The notes under the pieces: generated by a model
Database searches by the model: none
What the model was told of the DNA's origin: nothing
What the model saw: only the letters and a program-made list of their open reading frames with translations
Program-made: the position numbers and the translations under genes
Source of the DNA: Scenedesmus sp. PABB004
Lineage: Eukaryota
Direction: 5' to 3'
Length of the DNA stretch: 64,000 nt
Assembly (NCBI GenBank): GCA_014905635.1
Contig: JABVCE010000003.1
Location: 558,001-622,000 of the forward strand
In this document: positions 49,753 through 62,990 of the stretch, one piece after another
Position numbering within the stretch: the first letter of the stretch is position 1
How the letters are laid out: every line of letters starts with the position of its first letter

Positions 49753-52700
49753 ATGGAGGGGGAGGAGGACGACTACATCGCCTCCCTGGACTGGTGCGGC
49801 GCCGCGGCGAGCGCGGCGCGGCGCGCGGCGGCGCCCGCCGTTCACGCGGCGCGCCGCCCGCTGCCCGCGGCGTCGCAGGGAGGCGGTGGAGGCGCGCCTG
49901 CTGGCGCGGCGGGGTGCTCTTGCCTCCGAGCAGCCCGCGCCGCCGGCGCCGGCGCTGGCGGCGTTTGCGTTCGCGCCGGCCGGGGGGCAGCACACGCAGC
50001 AGCAGCGGCACCACGCAGGCGGCACCGCGCCGTGCGGCGGGCTCGGCGCGGTGTCGGCGGCAGACCTGCTGCGCGCGGCGCCGTCCGACGGCCGCGCGGT
50101 GGCCGGCGCAGCGGCGCCGGCGTGGCCAGCCGGGCCGTGCGGCCCGCAGCAGCGGCAGCAGCTCGGGCCGCTGCCGCCGTGGCAGCAGCAGCAGCAGCCA
50201 GCACAGGAGCCCTGGCCGCCGCCGCCGCCGCCGCCGTGGCAGCAGCAGCAGCAGCAGCAGCAGCATCAGCAGCAAATCCAGCAGCCTCTGCAGCCGCCGT
50301 GGCAGCAGCAGCGGCAGCAGCAGCAGGCACCGGCGTCAGTGCCGGCGCCGCCCCAGCAGCCGGCGCTGCAGGGCCCCCAGCTGGCGCAGCCGCCGCCGGC
50401 GGCGCCGCCGCCCGCGCAGCAGGCGCCGCCGGCCAAGCAGCCGGGGGCGGGCGCAGCCACGCTGCCGCGCTGCCCGTACAAGGCCTGCCCCGGCGTGTTT
50501 TCGGCCTGCGGCGCGGCGCTGCGCTGGCGGCAGCGCGGCGCCTCCGGCTACTACATCTGCGGCCAGGCGCCCAAGTGCGACTACAGGTGCGCGGCGGCGG
50601 CGGGCAGGCGGGCAGGAGGCGGCGTCGCGGGGCTCAGGGGCGCACCGCCCCTGCCGGACCGCTGCGCCCGGTCGCAGATACTTTCCGGTGCAGCAGATCA
50701 GCCGCCCCGAGCTGGGGTGCGAGGTGGTGGACGATGCGACGTTCCGGCTCGTGCCGCAAGCAGGTGCGCCGGCCGGGGGCGGCAGGCGGGGGCGGCAGGC
50801 CGGCCGCGCGCCGCGCGACCTGGTGCACGCCTGGCCGCGACGCGCCGCCCGCGGCCTGCCGCGCCGCGCGCAGCGTCCGAGGTGGCAGTGGTGCGTGCGG
50901 GTGGCATCCGCGCAGTGCTGGCGGCCGCGCGCATCTCGCTGGCGCACCTGGAGCTGCCCGAGCCAGGCGGCGACGGCGGCGGCGGCGGCGGCAACGGCGG
51001 CGCCGGCGAGGTGGCGGGCGGCAGCCAGGGAGGCGACGGCGACGCGGCGGCCGCCGCGGCCGCACCGCCTGCGCGCGCCGTCACCTCGGCCGCGGAGGAG
51101 CCGGCGCTGGCCGCCGCGCCCGACTGGTCGTGGCCGGCCGATCTGTGCATGCTGCTGCGGCTCTCAGACTATGAGCTGGTCGTGCAGCAGCTGCTGAGCG
51201 CCAAGCCCCACCCGCTGCTCGGCCGCGGCGGCGGCGTCTCGCAGGGCACGCTCGCGGCGTTTAGGTGGGCTGCCGCCCCGCGCTAGCGCGCGCCGCCGCC
51301 ACCGGCCGCGCGGCGCGCAGCGCGCAGCGCGCAGCGCGCGCCTCGCGGCGGGCGCGGCCCAGCCCGGCCGCCCCTCGCCGCCGCCGCCGCCGCCGCCGCG
51401 GCAGGGACCCGTGCCTGGGCCTCGCGCCGGAGGAGGAGGTGGAGCGGCGCTACGGCGCGATGCCCGCGTCGCTGCGGTCCGCGCTGATGCCGTTCCAGGC
51501 GGCGGGCGTGCGCTACGGGCTCGCGCGGCGGGGCCGCGTGCTGATCGCGGACGAGATGGGCGTGGGCAAGACGGTGCAGGCGCTCGCGCTGGCGGCGTGC
51601 TACCAGGTGCGCGGCCTGGCGCCCCGCCGGGGGCGCGCGCGCGGGCGCGCGGCCGCCGGCCGACGCGGCGCGCGCCGCGGCCGACGCCGCCGCGCGCGCC
51701 GCAGGACGAGTGGCCGCTGCTCGTGGTCGTGCCGGCGAGCCTGCGGCTGGTGTGGGCGGAGGAGGTGGAGCGCTGGCTGCCGCACGTGCGCCCGGGGGAC
51801 GTGACCGTGATTGAGGGCAAGGACGACCGCCTGTGCGACCTGCCCGACGTCGGCCGCCGCGCGACGCTGCCCGCCATCACGATCACCAGCTACGAGATGC
51901 TGAAGCGCCTCACCTGCACCTTCTGCCAGCGCCTGCCCGGCACGGGGCCGGGGACGGGGCCCGCGGCGGCGGCGGGCGCGGCGGCGGGCGCGGGCGGGGC
52001 GGCGGGCGCGGCGGCGGGCGCGGCGCGCCGGGCGGCGACGCGACCGGCGCCGCCGGCGAGCCGGGCGGCAGCATCGGCAGCGGCGGCGGCGCGCCGGCCA
52101 TCCCGCTCGCCAAGCGCGCGACCTGCTGCACCGGGCCGGGTGCGCGGCGCCCGGCGCTGCTCGCCCGGCCGGGCTCGCGCGGCACCGCCGCCGCCTTGCT
52201 CAGCCGCCGCACCACCGCGCCGCGTGGCTCGCAGACCACTGCATGGCGGCGCTGCCGTGGGGCGTGGTGGTGGTGGACGAGTCGCACAACCTGCGCACCA
52301 CCAACTCGCGCAGCGCCGACTCGCCGCACACCGAGGCGGCCATCGCCGCGGGCCGCGCCGCGCGGCGCCTCGTCCTGCTCACCGGCACGCCGAGCCTGTC
52401 GCGGCCGTATGACCTCTTTCGGCAGGTGCGCGGGCGCGCCGGGGGCTCCGCAAGGGCCGCGCGGCGCGGCGGTGGCGGGCCTGCGAAACCCGCCTCCCCG
52501 CGCCGCCAGGTGGACGTGCTGGCGCCGGGGCTGCTCGGCCGCAGCAAGGAGGAGTTTGCGCACAGGTACTGCGACCGGCGGCTGGTGCCGATGGTGACGT
52601 CGCGCGGCGGCGCGGAGGGCCGCATGCGCTGGGACAACGCGGGCGGCTGCCGCCTGGTGGAGCTGCACGGCCTGCTTGTGCGGCGCGTCATGATCCGGCG

Positions 52701-55700
52701 CCTCAAGCGTGACGTCATGGCCCAGCTGCCGCCCAAGCGCCGCCAGGTGCGCGGCGCGCGGGGCGAGGCCGTGCCCGCCCCCGCCCTGCTGCCGCCGCTG
52801 CCGACGCCGCCCCCGCCGCCGCCGCCGCCGCCGCCTGCCAGGTCGTGCGGCTGCCGTACCCGCCGGCGCACCGCTGGCCCAAGGAGCAGGATCCCGGCAG
52901 CCAGCAGGAGCAGGCGGGCGGGCCCGCCGGCGCCGCCGCGGCCAGCGCCGGCGCGGGCGGCGGCGGCGCGCCCGCCGCGCCCGGCGCCCCGCCCGGCCCG
53001 GCCGCGGGCGCCGGCCCTGGCGCGCCGGCGGCGGGGCGCTTCGACCCGGACGAGTTCCAGGCGGGCGTCATGTCGGCGGCGCACCGCACCGCGCTCGCCA
53101 AGCTCCCCGACGCGATCGACTGGCTCATGGCGGCCCTGGGGGCAGGCAGCGGCGGCGGCGGCGGGGGCGACGAGCACGCGCCCGCCGTGCAGGGCTGGGG
53201 CGGCGGCGGCGCCAGCGCCAGCGCGCGCGCGCCGCCGGGCCCGCTGCGCCCCGCGTGGCTGTCGTCCCGCGGCGCCGACACCGGCGGCAGCGGCGGCACC
53301 GGCGACGGCGACGGCGCGGGCGACGGCGCCGGCGACAGCTGCTCGGACGCCTGCGGCGCGGCCGAGGAGGAGGACGGCGCAGAGGCGCAGAGCGGCGGCG
53401 GCGGCGCTGGGGCCCCAAGTTTCTGGTCTTCGCCCACCACAGGTCCGCGGCAGTGGGGGGAGGGGAGGGGAGCGATGCGCCTGCGCGGCAGGCTCGCTCA
53501 CCGCGCCCGCGCCTGCCGCCGCCGCCGCGGCCGCCGCGGCCTGCCGCCCCGCGCAGGGACGTGATGGACAAGCTGGCCGCCGCGCTGTCCGGCTTCGGCA
53601 GCGCTGTGCCCGCCGCAGCGGCGGCGGGGGCCGACGCCGACGCGCCGGCCGAGCCCGGCGGCGGCGGCTCGGCGCGGCGCGCGGGCTGGCGCGGCGTGGG
53701 CTACGTGCGCGTGGACGGCAGCCACGACAGCCAGGAGCGCCTCGCCGCGGTGCGGCGCTTCAAGTCGGACCCGGGCGTGCGCGTGGCGCTGCTCTCCATC
53801 ACCGCCGCGGCCGTGGGTGCGTGGCCCCGGCGGCCGCGCGCGCCGCCGCGCGCCCTGTCGCGCCTCGCGCCCCCTCACGCGCGCCGCCCGCGCCCCCCGC
53901 CCCTGGGCCCCCGTCTCCGCGCAGGCCTCGACTTTTCGTCGGCGTCGATGGTCGTGTTTGTGGAGCTGCCGCTGGAGGTGTCGCTCGTGCGGCAGGCCGA
54001 GGACCGCGCGCACCGCAAGGGCCAGGCCGCCAAGGCGGTCAATGTCTACTTCCTCTGCGCCCAGGGCACGGTGGACGACAAGCGCTGGGCCGCGCTCAAC
54101 ACCAGCCTCGCGCACATCAGCCAGGTGCACGACGGCGCGGCGGAGACGCTGCCGCAGCCGCTCGCGCTCGCCGAGGCGGCGCTGGCGGGAGCGGAGGCGG
54201 CGCTGGCTGAGGCGGGCGACGACGAGGAGCAGCAGGCGCAGCAGGCAGAGCAGACAGAGCAGGCAGATCAGACAGGGCAGACAGAGCAGGCAGAGCAGGG
54301 AGAGCAGGCAGAGCAGCAGACAGAGCAGCAGGCAGAGCAGCAGGCGGAGCAGGGAGAGCAGACAGAGGATGCAGAGCAGCAAGTCCTGCCGCAGCCGGCC
54401 ACCGCGGCGTCGCCCGTTGCTGGCGCGTCAGGCCAGGGGCAGCAGGCCGCTGCCCTGCCGGCGGTGCCCGGCCCGGGCAGCAGCGCGGCGGCCAGCGCGC
54501 CAGACGTGCAGCAGCAGCAGCAGCAGCAGCAGCCGCAGCAGCAGCAGCTGCAAGGCGATGAGCTTCTCATCGACCTGACCGCTGAGTCGCCGCCACGGCC
54601 GCCCAGCGCCAAGCGCCCCCGCAGCGGCAGGGGCCCCGGCAGCCCGGCGAGCCCCCCAGCGCGGCAGCCGGCGCTGTCGACACCAGGCAGCAGGGTGGCG
54701 GCGGCCGGCGAGGGGCCCTCCGCTGGCAGCGGCAGCGCCCTGGCGCCCGCGTCCAACGCCGAGCCGGCCGCACCCGGTGCGCCGGCGCTGCCCGAGGTCT
54801 GGTTTGAGGTCAGCGGGCACACCGGCCGCCTCCACTTCCACCTCGCGCCCGACGGCTCGGCGCCGCTGGGCCTCAACCTGCCGCTCGACTGGTTCACGCT
54901 GCCCGAGGAGGGTACGCTGCTCGCGCTGGCGGCGGCATGGGAGCAGGCGTGGGCGGCGGCGGAGCGCGCGGAGGCGCAGGCTGCGCAGGCGCAGGCGGCG
55001 CAGGCTGCTGGCAAGGTCGCAGCTGCAGCGCCGTGCCAGCCGCAGCTGGCAGCCCTGCCGGCGCCAGAGCAGGACGCTCAGCAGGAAGCGGTCAATGAGC
55101 AGGCAGCTGGGGCCATGCCTGGTGCTGAGCAGCAGCGGCAGACGCCTGCGGAGCAGCAGCAGCCGCCCTTCATGCTCATCCAGCCGGCGCTGCTCTCGCC
55201 GGCGGCGCAGCCCACACCAGGCAGCGGGCCGCCCGCGCTGTCGCAGCCGGGGCAGGCGCCGGGCGCGCCCGGGACGGGCCCGCAGCGCAGCGCGGCGCGC
55301 GGGGGCAGCGCGGCGCGCGGCGAGGCCAAGTCGGTGCTCGACAGCCTCATGCTGCTGCCCTTTGCTGAGGGCGGCGGCACGCCGCCGGCGGAGGCCGAAG
55401 CAGCGGCGCCCGCGGAGCGTGGCGTCACCGCTGGCGGCGGGCCGTGCGGGAGCGCCGGTGGCAGCGGCGGCGACGCACGCCAGCAGGAGCAGGGGCAGCC
55501 GTCGCAGTACGGCGATGAGCCCGCCGGCAGCCCAGCCGCCGCTGGCGCGCCTGGCTCGGCGCCCGCGCTCGTCACCCACCTGCGGCGCCTGCTGCGACAG
55601 CACAGGGCGCCTGCCTCGCCGCCGTCGGCCGAGCAGGCGGCAGCGGAACAGCCACAGGGCTCGCCGCTGCCGCAGCTGCTGGGCGGCGCGCCCGAGCCGG

Positions 55701-58493
55701 CGCACGTGGGCGCCGACGCCGCAGACGTGCTGGTGATCGCGGCCACGCAGGACGCGGAGCAGCCGCATGCGGAGCTGCAGGCGGTGTCGCCGCCGCCGCC
55801 GTCGGGGCGCGCGCTGCCCGACTGCCGCGCGGCGCCGGGCTTCCTCGGCCCCACCGGCCTCGCCTGCCTCACGCTCGCGCTGCGGGGCCCGCAGCTGCTG
55901 GAGCTGCTGCGCATGGGCGCGGCGTTCGCCTCGGACTGGGGCGAGCTGCGCAGCGTCACGCGCAACCGGCTCGCGGGGCGCGTCGTGCCGCCCGACCTCG
56001 CCTCCGCGGTTGAGAGCGTGACGGCCGCGGCCGCGGGCGCGGGCGCGTTTGGCGTCGGCGTGACGCGATACCTGCGCGACGTGCAGGAGGGCGACGCCTG
56101 CCTGCCGCCGGGCGCGCGCCTCGTGCAGGCGCGACGGGGCCGTTGCGGGGGCGCGCCGCGCCGCGCGCCGCGCCGGCGCGGGGGCGAGGGCCCCTGCGCC
56201 GGCGCGCGCGACCCGCCGTGCCGGGCAGCCGCCGCCGGCGCGCAGCTGGCACCGGCCGCCGCCGCGCCTGAGCCCCGCGCCCGCCCCTCCCTCCCCGCCG
56301 CCTGCCCAGGTGTCGGTGCACTACCCCCAGGGGCGGGCCCAGGTGGCGACCTACCGTCAGGCCTTCACCGGCGCGCACACACGGCACTGCATCAACTGCT
56401 TCAAGCCGGTGGACGGCTGCAGCCTGCCCCCGGTGCGTGCGCGCTCGCAGGCAGGCAGGGGCGCGCCTGCGAGGCGGCCGCGGCCGGCGCGGCAGCGGCG
56501 GCGCCGGCGCGCGGCCGACCGCGTGCGCGCCGCGGGCCCCGCAGGACGCGGTGCTGCAGGGCGGGCTGGACCTGTTCTGCAGCCTTGACTGTGAGCGGCT
56601 GTACTACATGAAGAACAGCAGCAGTGAGCGGCAGCGGCGCACGCCGGCGCACGCCCCGCAGCGCGGCGCCGCGCCCCCCCCCCCCCCCCGGCGGCGGGGG
56701 CTGCGGCGCTCACCCCGCCCCGCCGCGCCGCGCCGCGGCGCCAGGCGGCATCCGGCGCGCGCTGTTCAAGCTGGAGCGCGGCGTGTGCCAGGCGTGCGGC
56801 CTCGACGCGCACCGGCTCGTGCGCGAGCTGCAGCAGGTCGCCAAGGACGGCCCGGGCTGGCTGCCGCACCGCCGCGCGGTCGTGGCCGCGCTCGCGCCGC
56901 GCTTCCTGCAGCGCGGCTGCGCGACGCTGCTGGACCGCCTGCTGGACCAGGTGGGCGGCCGGGGGCACGCGGGCGCGCGCCGTCGGGGGAGGCCGCCGGG
57001 GCGCGCAGCTCGTCTCGGCGCCCGCCGCCCGGGCGCTTGACCGCGTGTGGCCGCGCGGCGTGGCGCCGCGGCCAGGCGACCGAGGGCAACGCGTGGCACG
57101 CGGACCACATCCTCGCCGTGTACGAGGGCGGCGGCGGCTGCGACCTCGACAACCTGCGCACGCTGTGCACGCCGTGCCACGCCGAGGTGACCAAGCGCCA
57201 GGCCGCCGCGCGCGCCGCCGAGCGCGCGCGGCGCAAGCTCAACACGCACGACATCCGGCAGTGGTTTGGCGGCCTGCCCGGCGCGGCGGCGGCGCCGGCG
57301 CGGCCGGCGGCCCAGATGAAGCGCCGGCGCCGCGGCCAGGTGGAGGGCGGCGTGTGGATCGACGACCGGCTCACGCCCACGCCGGGCGCCAAGCAGCCGC
57401 TCAAGCGCACCGCCCCGCCCGCAGGCGGGGCCGGCGGCGGCAGCCAGGGCAGGGCGGGCCGGGGCATGGCCAAGCGCGGCGCCGCGGACGGCGGCGGCGG
57501 CGGCGGCAGCAAGCGGCCGCTGGAGGAGGCGTGGGCGGCCGCCGCCAGCAAGGCAGCCGCGGAGGCCGAGGCCGCGCCGGTCGGCGCCGGCGCGGCACCC
57601 GCCACGCCCAGCAAGCGCCAGCGCCGGCAGGCGGCGGGCGGCGGCGCTGCGACGCCGCCTGGCAGCCCCGACGCCGAGGTGGTCAGCCTCAGCCTCACGA
57701 CCAGCCCCTCCCAGGGCGGAGGCGACGCGGCGAGCCGGCCCGGCAGCCAGGGCCCGCCGCTGCTGCGACCGGCGTCGGCCGCCGCGCGGGCCGCCGGCGC
57801 GGCCGCGGCCGTGGCGGGGGCGGGCCGGCCGGCCGGGCGCCGCCGCAGGCCTGCGTAGCGTGCTGGCGCAGTTCAGCTTCGGCAGCCAGGGCAGCGAGCC
57901 CGCGCCGGCGCTGCAGCAGGCGCGGGCGCCGGCGCGGCAGGCGGCGCAGGGCACGCGCCCGCGCCAGGCGGGCGGGCGGCCGCGGCCGCAGGCGGCGCGC
58001 AAGCGGCGGCGCGCGCGCCGACGCCACGCTCAGCAGCAGCGACGACGAGGGGCCTGGCGGCGGCGCTGGCGACCTCGGCCGAGCCGCCGCGGGGCGCGCG
58101 GCTGCGGGGGCAACGCAGCCGGCTGCTGAGAGCGCAGCCGGCGCTGGCGGTGGCGCCGGGGCGCGGGGCGAGGGTGAGGGTGAGGCGGCCCTCCCCGACC
58201 TCAGCACCACCACCAGCAGCGGCGCCGCCGCGACCGGCGGCGGCGCCGACAGCGACGGCGGCTCGTGGCGCCGCGGCGCCGCGCCACGCCCGCGCAGCGC
58301 TCGGCGGGCGGTGGCGGCGGCGGAGCCCAAGGTGCTGCAGGAGCAGCCGGGCAACGCCGCCGGCGCGCGGGGGAGCGGCCGCGCCGCCGCCCCCAAGCCA
58401 CGAGGCGGCTGGGGCAGGGCCGACCGCGGCGGCGCGGCGGCGGCGCCGAAGGGCGGCGGGCGGGGCGCGCGCGGGAGCGCGGCGCAGGGTTGA
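49753..58493 (+). CDS. ZRANB3: ZRANB3/SMARCAL1-like SNF2 annealing helicase with C-terminal HNH endonuclease; several apparent frameshifts; strict stop at 57858, tail probably to 58493
   Basis: LMPFQ, LIADEMGVGKT, PASLR..W, VVVDESH, LLTGTP, MIRRLK..QLPPKRRQ, KFLVFAHH, YVRVDG, GLDFS, QAEDRAHRKGQ, ERGVCQAC, WHADHILAVYEGGG..NLRTLCTPCH. N-terminal Cys-rich finger. Confidence 0.9.
54226..54381 (+). repeat. Coding 9/12-nt tandem repeat (EQA/EQT/EQG/EQQ units) in the ZRANB3-like linker
   Basis: Repeated GAGCAG(G/A)CA units read directly. Confidence 0.8.
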
Positions 58494-59052
58494 GCGGCGG
58501 GCGTCAGGGTTGTCACAGTCGGCGGCGTTCCCAGGCGTGCGTGCGCGTGGAGCGTGCCACACCGTGGTGACCACTCGATTGGGCGCCGCCGCCCCGCGCG
58601 CCGCCAGTCCGGCGCACGCGCCGCCGCCGCTGCCGCTGCTCCGCGGCCGCACAGGAGCAGAGTACAGCGCGCTCGCGCGGCAGCGCCGTCAGCGTCAACG
58701 TTCGAGTCACCCGAGCAGCGCGGGGAACCCCACAGCGCGCCTCGCTGCTGAAGGCCGGACGTGGCCAAGCCCTTCCGCTCGCGGGTGCGCCTGCAGCGCG
58801 CGTTCAAGGCGGCCGGGCTCGCCAACGGCGCCCCCAGCTCCCCGCAGCGCGCGGGGCGAAGCTGAGACAGCGTGCCGCGGCCCCGCGCCGGCGCGGCGCC
58901 GCGCCGCGCCCAGGCCGCTGCTGCTGCTCCCGCCGCTCCCGTTGCCGCTGCCGCCGCCGCCGCCGCAGGCCCCGGCCGTCCCCTGCCCTCCCGGCCACGA
59001 CGCCCAGCGGCCGCCGCCCCGTCGCCCCTGACCGCGCCGACGGGCAGCCGCG

Positions 59053-60090
59053 ATGCAGGGCGCGTCGCTGCCGGGCGGGGGGCCGTTTGGTCGCCTCTGG
59101 GGCGCGTATGAGCGGCAGCTCGAGAAGCACCCCATCCTCACGCAGGCCAGCACCTCCGCGGTGCTCTGGGGCGCGGGCGACCTCATCGCGCAGCGCCTGG
59201 AGCACATCGAGGCGCGCGGCGCGGCGCAAAAGGCGCGCGCCGCCGCGGCCGCGCCCGCCAGGGGCCGCGGCCGCGGCAAGGCCGCGCCGCCGCCTGACGC
59301 GGGCGAGCTCGAGCTGCCGTACGACTGGCGGCGCGCGGTGCTGACGGGCGGCTTCGGCGCCTCGTTCGTGGGCCCGCTCGGGCACTTCTGGTGCGAGGCG
59401 GCCGGGCCGCCCGCGCCGCGCGCGCACCGCCGCCGCGCCGCCCGGGCGCCGCTGCCCGCGCCGCCCTGAGACCCCCTGCTGCCCCCCTCCCCCCTCCTCT
59501 CCCACCCCGGCGCCGTGGCAGGTACATCGCGCTGGACGGCTGGGCGCGGCGCGTGCTGCCCGGCGGCGGCGCGGCGTTCATCGCGGCAAAGGTGCGCGCA
59601 CACAGCCAGGCGACGCTGCGCCTGCGGCACGCGCGCCCGCCCGCGCGTACGCCAGCGCCGAGCGCGTGCCGCCGCCCCCGCCGCCGCCCGCCGCCGCCGC
59701 CGCCGCGCGCAGGTGCTGCTCGACACCGCGGCGATGGGCCCGTTCTACGTCGCCGCGTTCTTCGCGTGGGGCTGCGCGCTCATCGACCGCAGCGGGTTTG
59801 CCGAGTTCAAGCGCAAGATGCGCTGCGACTTTGTGTCCACGCTCGCGGCCGAGGTGACGCTCTGGCCGTGCGTGCAGGCGGTCAACTTTTGCTGCGTGCC
59901 GCTGAAGCACCAGCTGCTCGTGGTCAACTCGATGACCATCCTCGACGCGATCTTCATGAGCTGGGCGCGCAACCAGTCTGACTGGCTCGGCAAGGCCCGC
60001 GTGTGGGCGGGGCTCGCGCCGCCGCCGCCGGCGCCGTCGGCGGCGCAGGGCAAGAAGGGCAAGCGCGGCGGCGGCGCCGCCGCGGCGTGA
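59053..60090 (+). CDS. Mpv17/PMP22 family membrane protein; 3 exons
   Basis: YERQLEKHPILTQ, GDLIAQ, YDWRR, GPLGHFWY, AKVLLD, WPCVQAVNFCCVPLKHQLLVVN. Confidence 0.92.
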
Positions 60091-60505
60091 GCGCGCGCAG
60101 GGCGCGGGGCGCGGGGCGCGCTGTGGCCCGTGCGTGTGGGGCGAGTGGAGGGGGTGGGGTCAGCGCCTGCTGGCTGGACTTGATCCATCGGACGATGGTG
60201 CAGTGACGGCGGCGGCAACCGCCCGAACCCGTGTGCCCGCGCGCGTCGCGCGTCGCCGCCCCGATCTGCTGCTCAGCTCAGTTGCCCGGGCAGAAGGGAC
60301 AGGGCGCTCAAGGGTTGCGTGGGCGGGGTTCCGCCGCCGGCGGCGGTGCCGCCCTCGCCGCCACCCGCCGCCGCTGCCGCTGCCGCCGCCATTCTCTGCG
60401 TCAGTGCACTCCGTCGCGTTGTTCCGGGCGGCTGGCGTGGCCCGAGCGCTGGGATGCAGCGCATGTGACCGCCCAGGCCAGCCCGTGGTGTCCACGTGCA
60501 AGGCC

Positions 60506-62100
60506 ATGGAGGCCGCAACGCACGCCAACAGCAAACACAAGGTCAAGGTCATCAGCAAGATCGGGCAGGGCGCCTTCGGCACCGTCTATCGCGGTGAGCT
60601 GCGGGGAAGGCCGGCTGCAGCGCCGCGCCGCGGCCTCGTGGCGCCTCGCCGGGGCGCGCCGGCCGGCCACGGTGTGCGCTGATGGCTCAGTCGCGCCCTG
60701 GTGCGCGCCGCAGCCACCTATGACGGCGCTGTGGTCGCCGTGAAGACGACGAGCGGGGAGGAGAGCGAGGACGCGCTCCGCGCGTTCTCGCGCGAGGCTC
60801 AGATCCTTCAGACGTGCCAGCACAGGTGGGCGTCGGCGGCGGTAGGGGGCCGACCGCCCCCGCAGCCGCCAAGGCAGCGGCGGAGCAGCGGCGTCGCGGG
60901 TGACGATCGCCGCCGGCCGCCCCCTGCGCCGGCGCGCGCCCGTTCCGGCGCCGTGCGGCTTCAGGGTGGCGTCACGCGGGGCGCGCGGCCGCCCGCGGCC
61001 GCCCAAGAAGCTGGTGGGGAGCCGCGCCGCGCGTTGGGTCACCTGCCGGCCACCCCCCGCCGCCATCCCGCTGCACAGGAACATCATCGGCTTCCGCGCG
61101 CTCTGCCGCTTCAACCCCCACAAGAACGGCGACCATGACGGCCGCGTGCCCGGCGGGAAGTGGGCGCTCGTGCTCGAGTTCGCCAAGGTGTGCGGCGGTC
61201 GCCGGCGGCGCGCGCGGCCGCGCCGCCTCCGCGCGCCCCGGCGTCGCCCAGCGCCGCCGCGGCGGCCCGCCGCCGCCGCGCAGGGCGGCACGCTGAGCGA
61301 CAAGATCTCGTCCCAGATGTGCTCGCCGGGCAGCCGCGTGTACAGCCGCGCGCAGGCGCTCTCGTGGGCGCTCGACGTCGCGAGCGGGCTGGAGTACCTG
61401 CACAGCCGCTGCCCCGCGATCCTGCACCGCGACATCAAGCTCTCAAACGTCTGCCTCGCCGCCGAGGAGGGCCAGCTCGTCGCCAAGCTGTCCGACTTTG
61501 GCCTCCACGTGGTGCGGCGCGCGCGCGCGCGGGGAGGGGCGCGGCGCGCGGCGCGCGGGGAGGAGATGCGCGCGGGCGGGAGAGAGCGTGGCGCGCACGC
61601 GCAGCGCCGCCGACGCGCGCCGCGCCGCGGCGGGCCGCAGGTCGCGGACGACACGCACGACGCGATGCTGCGCGTGAGCGTGGCCCAGGCCGGCGGCGCG
61701 GTGCGGCAGACCTTCCTGCACCCCTGCCCCCCGGGCGGCGGCGGCGGCGGCGTGAGCGAGAGCGCCAACGCGCTGCGCGCTCAGCTGGCGCAGCAGATGC
61801 GCGCGGCGGCGCCGGGCGAGGGCGAGGAGGACCACCACTACAGTGAGGTCCATGACTCGCGCGGCAGCAAGTCGTTCGTCGGCCGCGGCGGCGGCGGCGG
61901 CGGCGCATGGCCGCCGCGCGGGCCGTCGGCCGACCCCGGCAGCGCGGCGGCGAGCGACGACGGCGACGCGGCGAGCGTCGCGGCGACCGAGTGCACCTGG
62001 ATCACGACCGGCACGGCCGGCGTCAGGGGCGGCAGCAGCGTGTGCTCCACCGACGACGACGACAGCACCGCGACCGAGACGGTCTTTGCCATGACGGGTG

Positions 62101-62139
<39 letters not shown>

Positions 62140-62990
62140 CGCGCGCGCGTGCGCTCGGGGCCGCGCCGCGCCGCGCCGCGCCGCGCGGCCACGGCAGCCG
62201 CCTGAGTGCGGGCGCGCGCGTGCGCGCGGCGCAGGCCGCACGGGCAGCAGCCTCTACATGGCGCCCGAGGTCTTCCAGGGCCAGCCGTACAACGAGAAGG
62301 CCGACGTGTTCAGCTTTGGCGTGCTGCTCTACGAGCTGCTGGCCAAGACCATGGTGCGCGCGCCACCACCGCCGCGCGCCCCGCCGCCGCGCCCCCCGCG
62401 CGTCCGCCGCGCCGCGCCCGCCACGACAGCCGCGCGCCCGCCGCCGCGCCCGCCGCGCCGCCGCCCACGCCGCGCCACCGCTGCCTGCCGTGCGCCAGGT
62501 GCTGTTCACGGAGCTGCCGACCTACTCGACCGACCCCGTCGTGCTGGAGGACTATGCGGAGAAGGTGTCCAAGGGCTACCGCCCCGCGCGGCCCAAGAGC
62601 TTCAGCGACGCGGCGTGGGAGCTCGTCAGCGCGTGCTGGGCGCAGGAGCCCACGCAGCGGCCGAACATGAGCAAGGCGCGCGCGCCGCACGCAGCGCCGC
62701 GTCCGGCGGCGCGGCCGCCGGGCCCCGCCGCGCGCGCCGCCGCCGCGCAGCCGCTGCCGCGACCGCCGCCGCGGCCGCCGCCGGCGCAGGTGGTCAACAT
62801 GCTGCGCAACCTGCTGCAGTCAGAGCTGGCGAGCAGCAAGGACAGCGGCAGCCGGCGCATCTCGCTGCAGCAGAGCAGCGGCGGCGCGGCCGCGCCGGGC
62901 GCCGCCAACGGCGCCGGCAGCGGCGTCAAGGGCGCGCAGCCGCCCGCCGCGGCTGAGCCGGCCGCGGGCTGCAGCTGCGTCATTTCGTGA
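60506..62990 (+). CDS. TKL-group Ser/Thr protein kinase with C-terminal CaaX; 8 exons
   Basis: [63 protein letters not shown]; ends CSCVIS*. Confidence 0.93.

Noticed and set aside
57093..57195. HNH motif as a mobile homing endonuclease or Fanzor/IscB-like nuclease
   Set aside because: It is the expected C-terminal domain of the spliced ZRANB3-type helicase.
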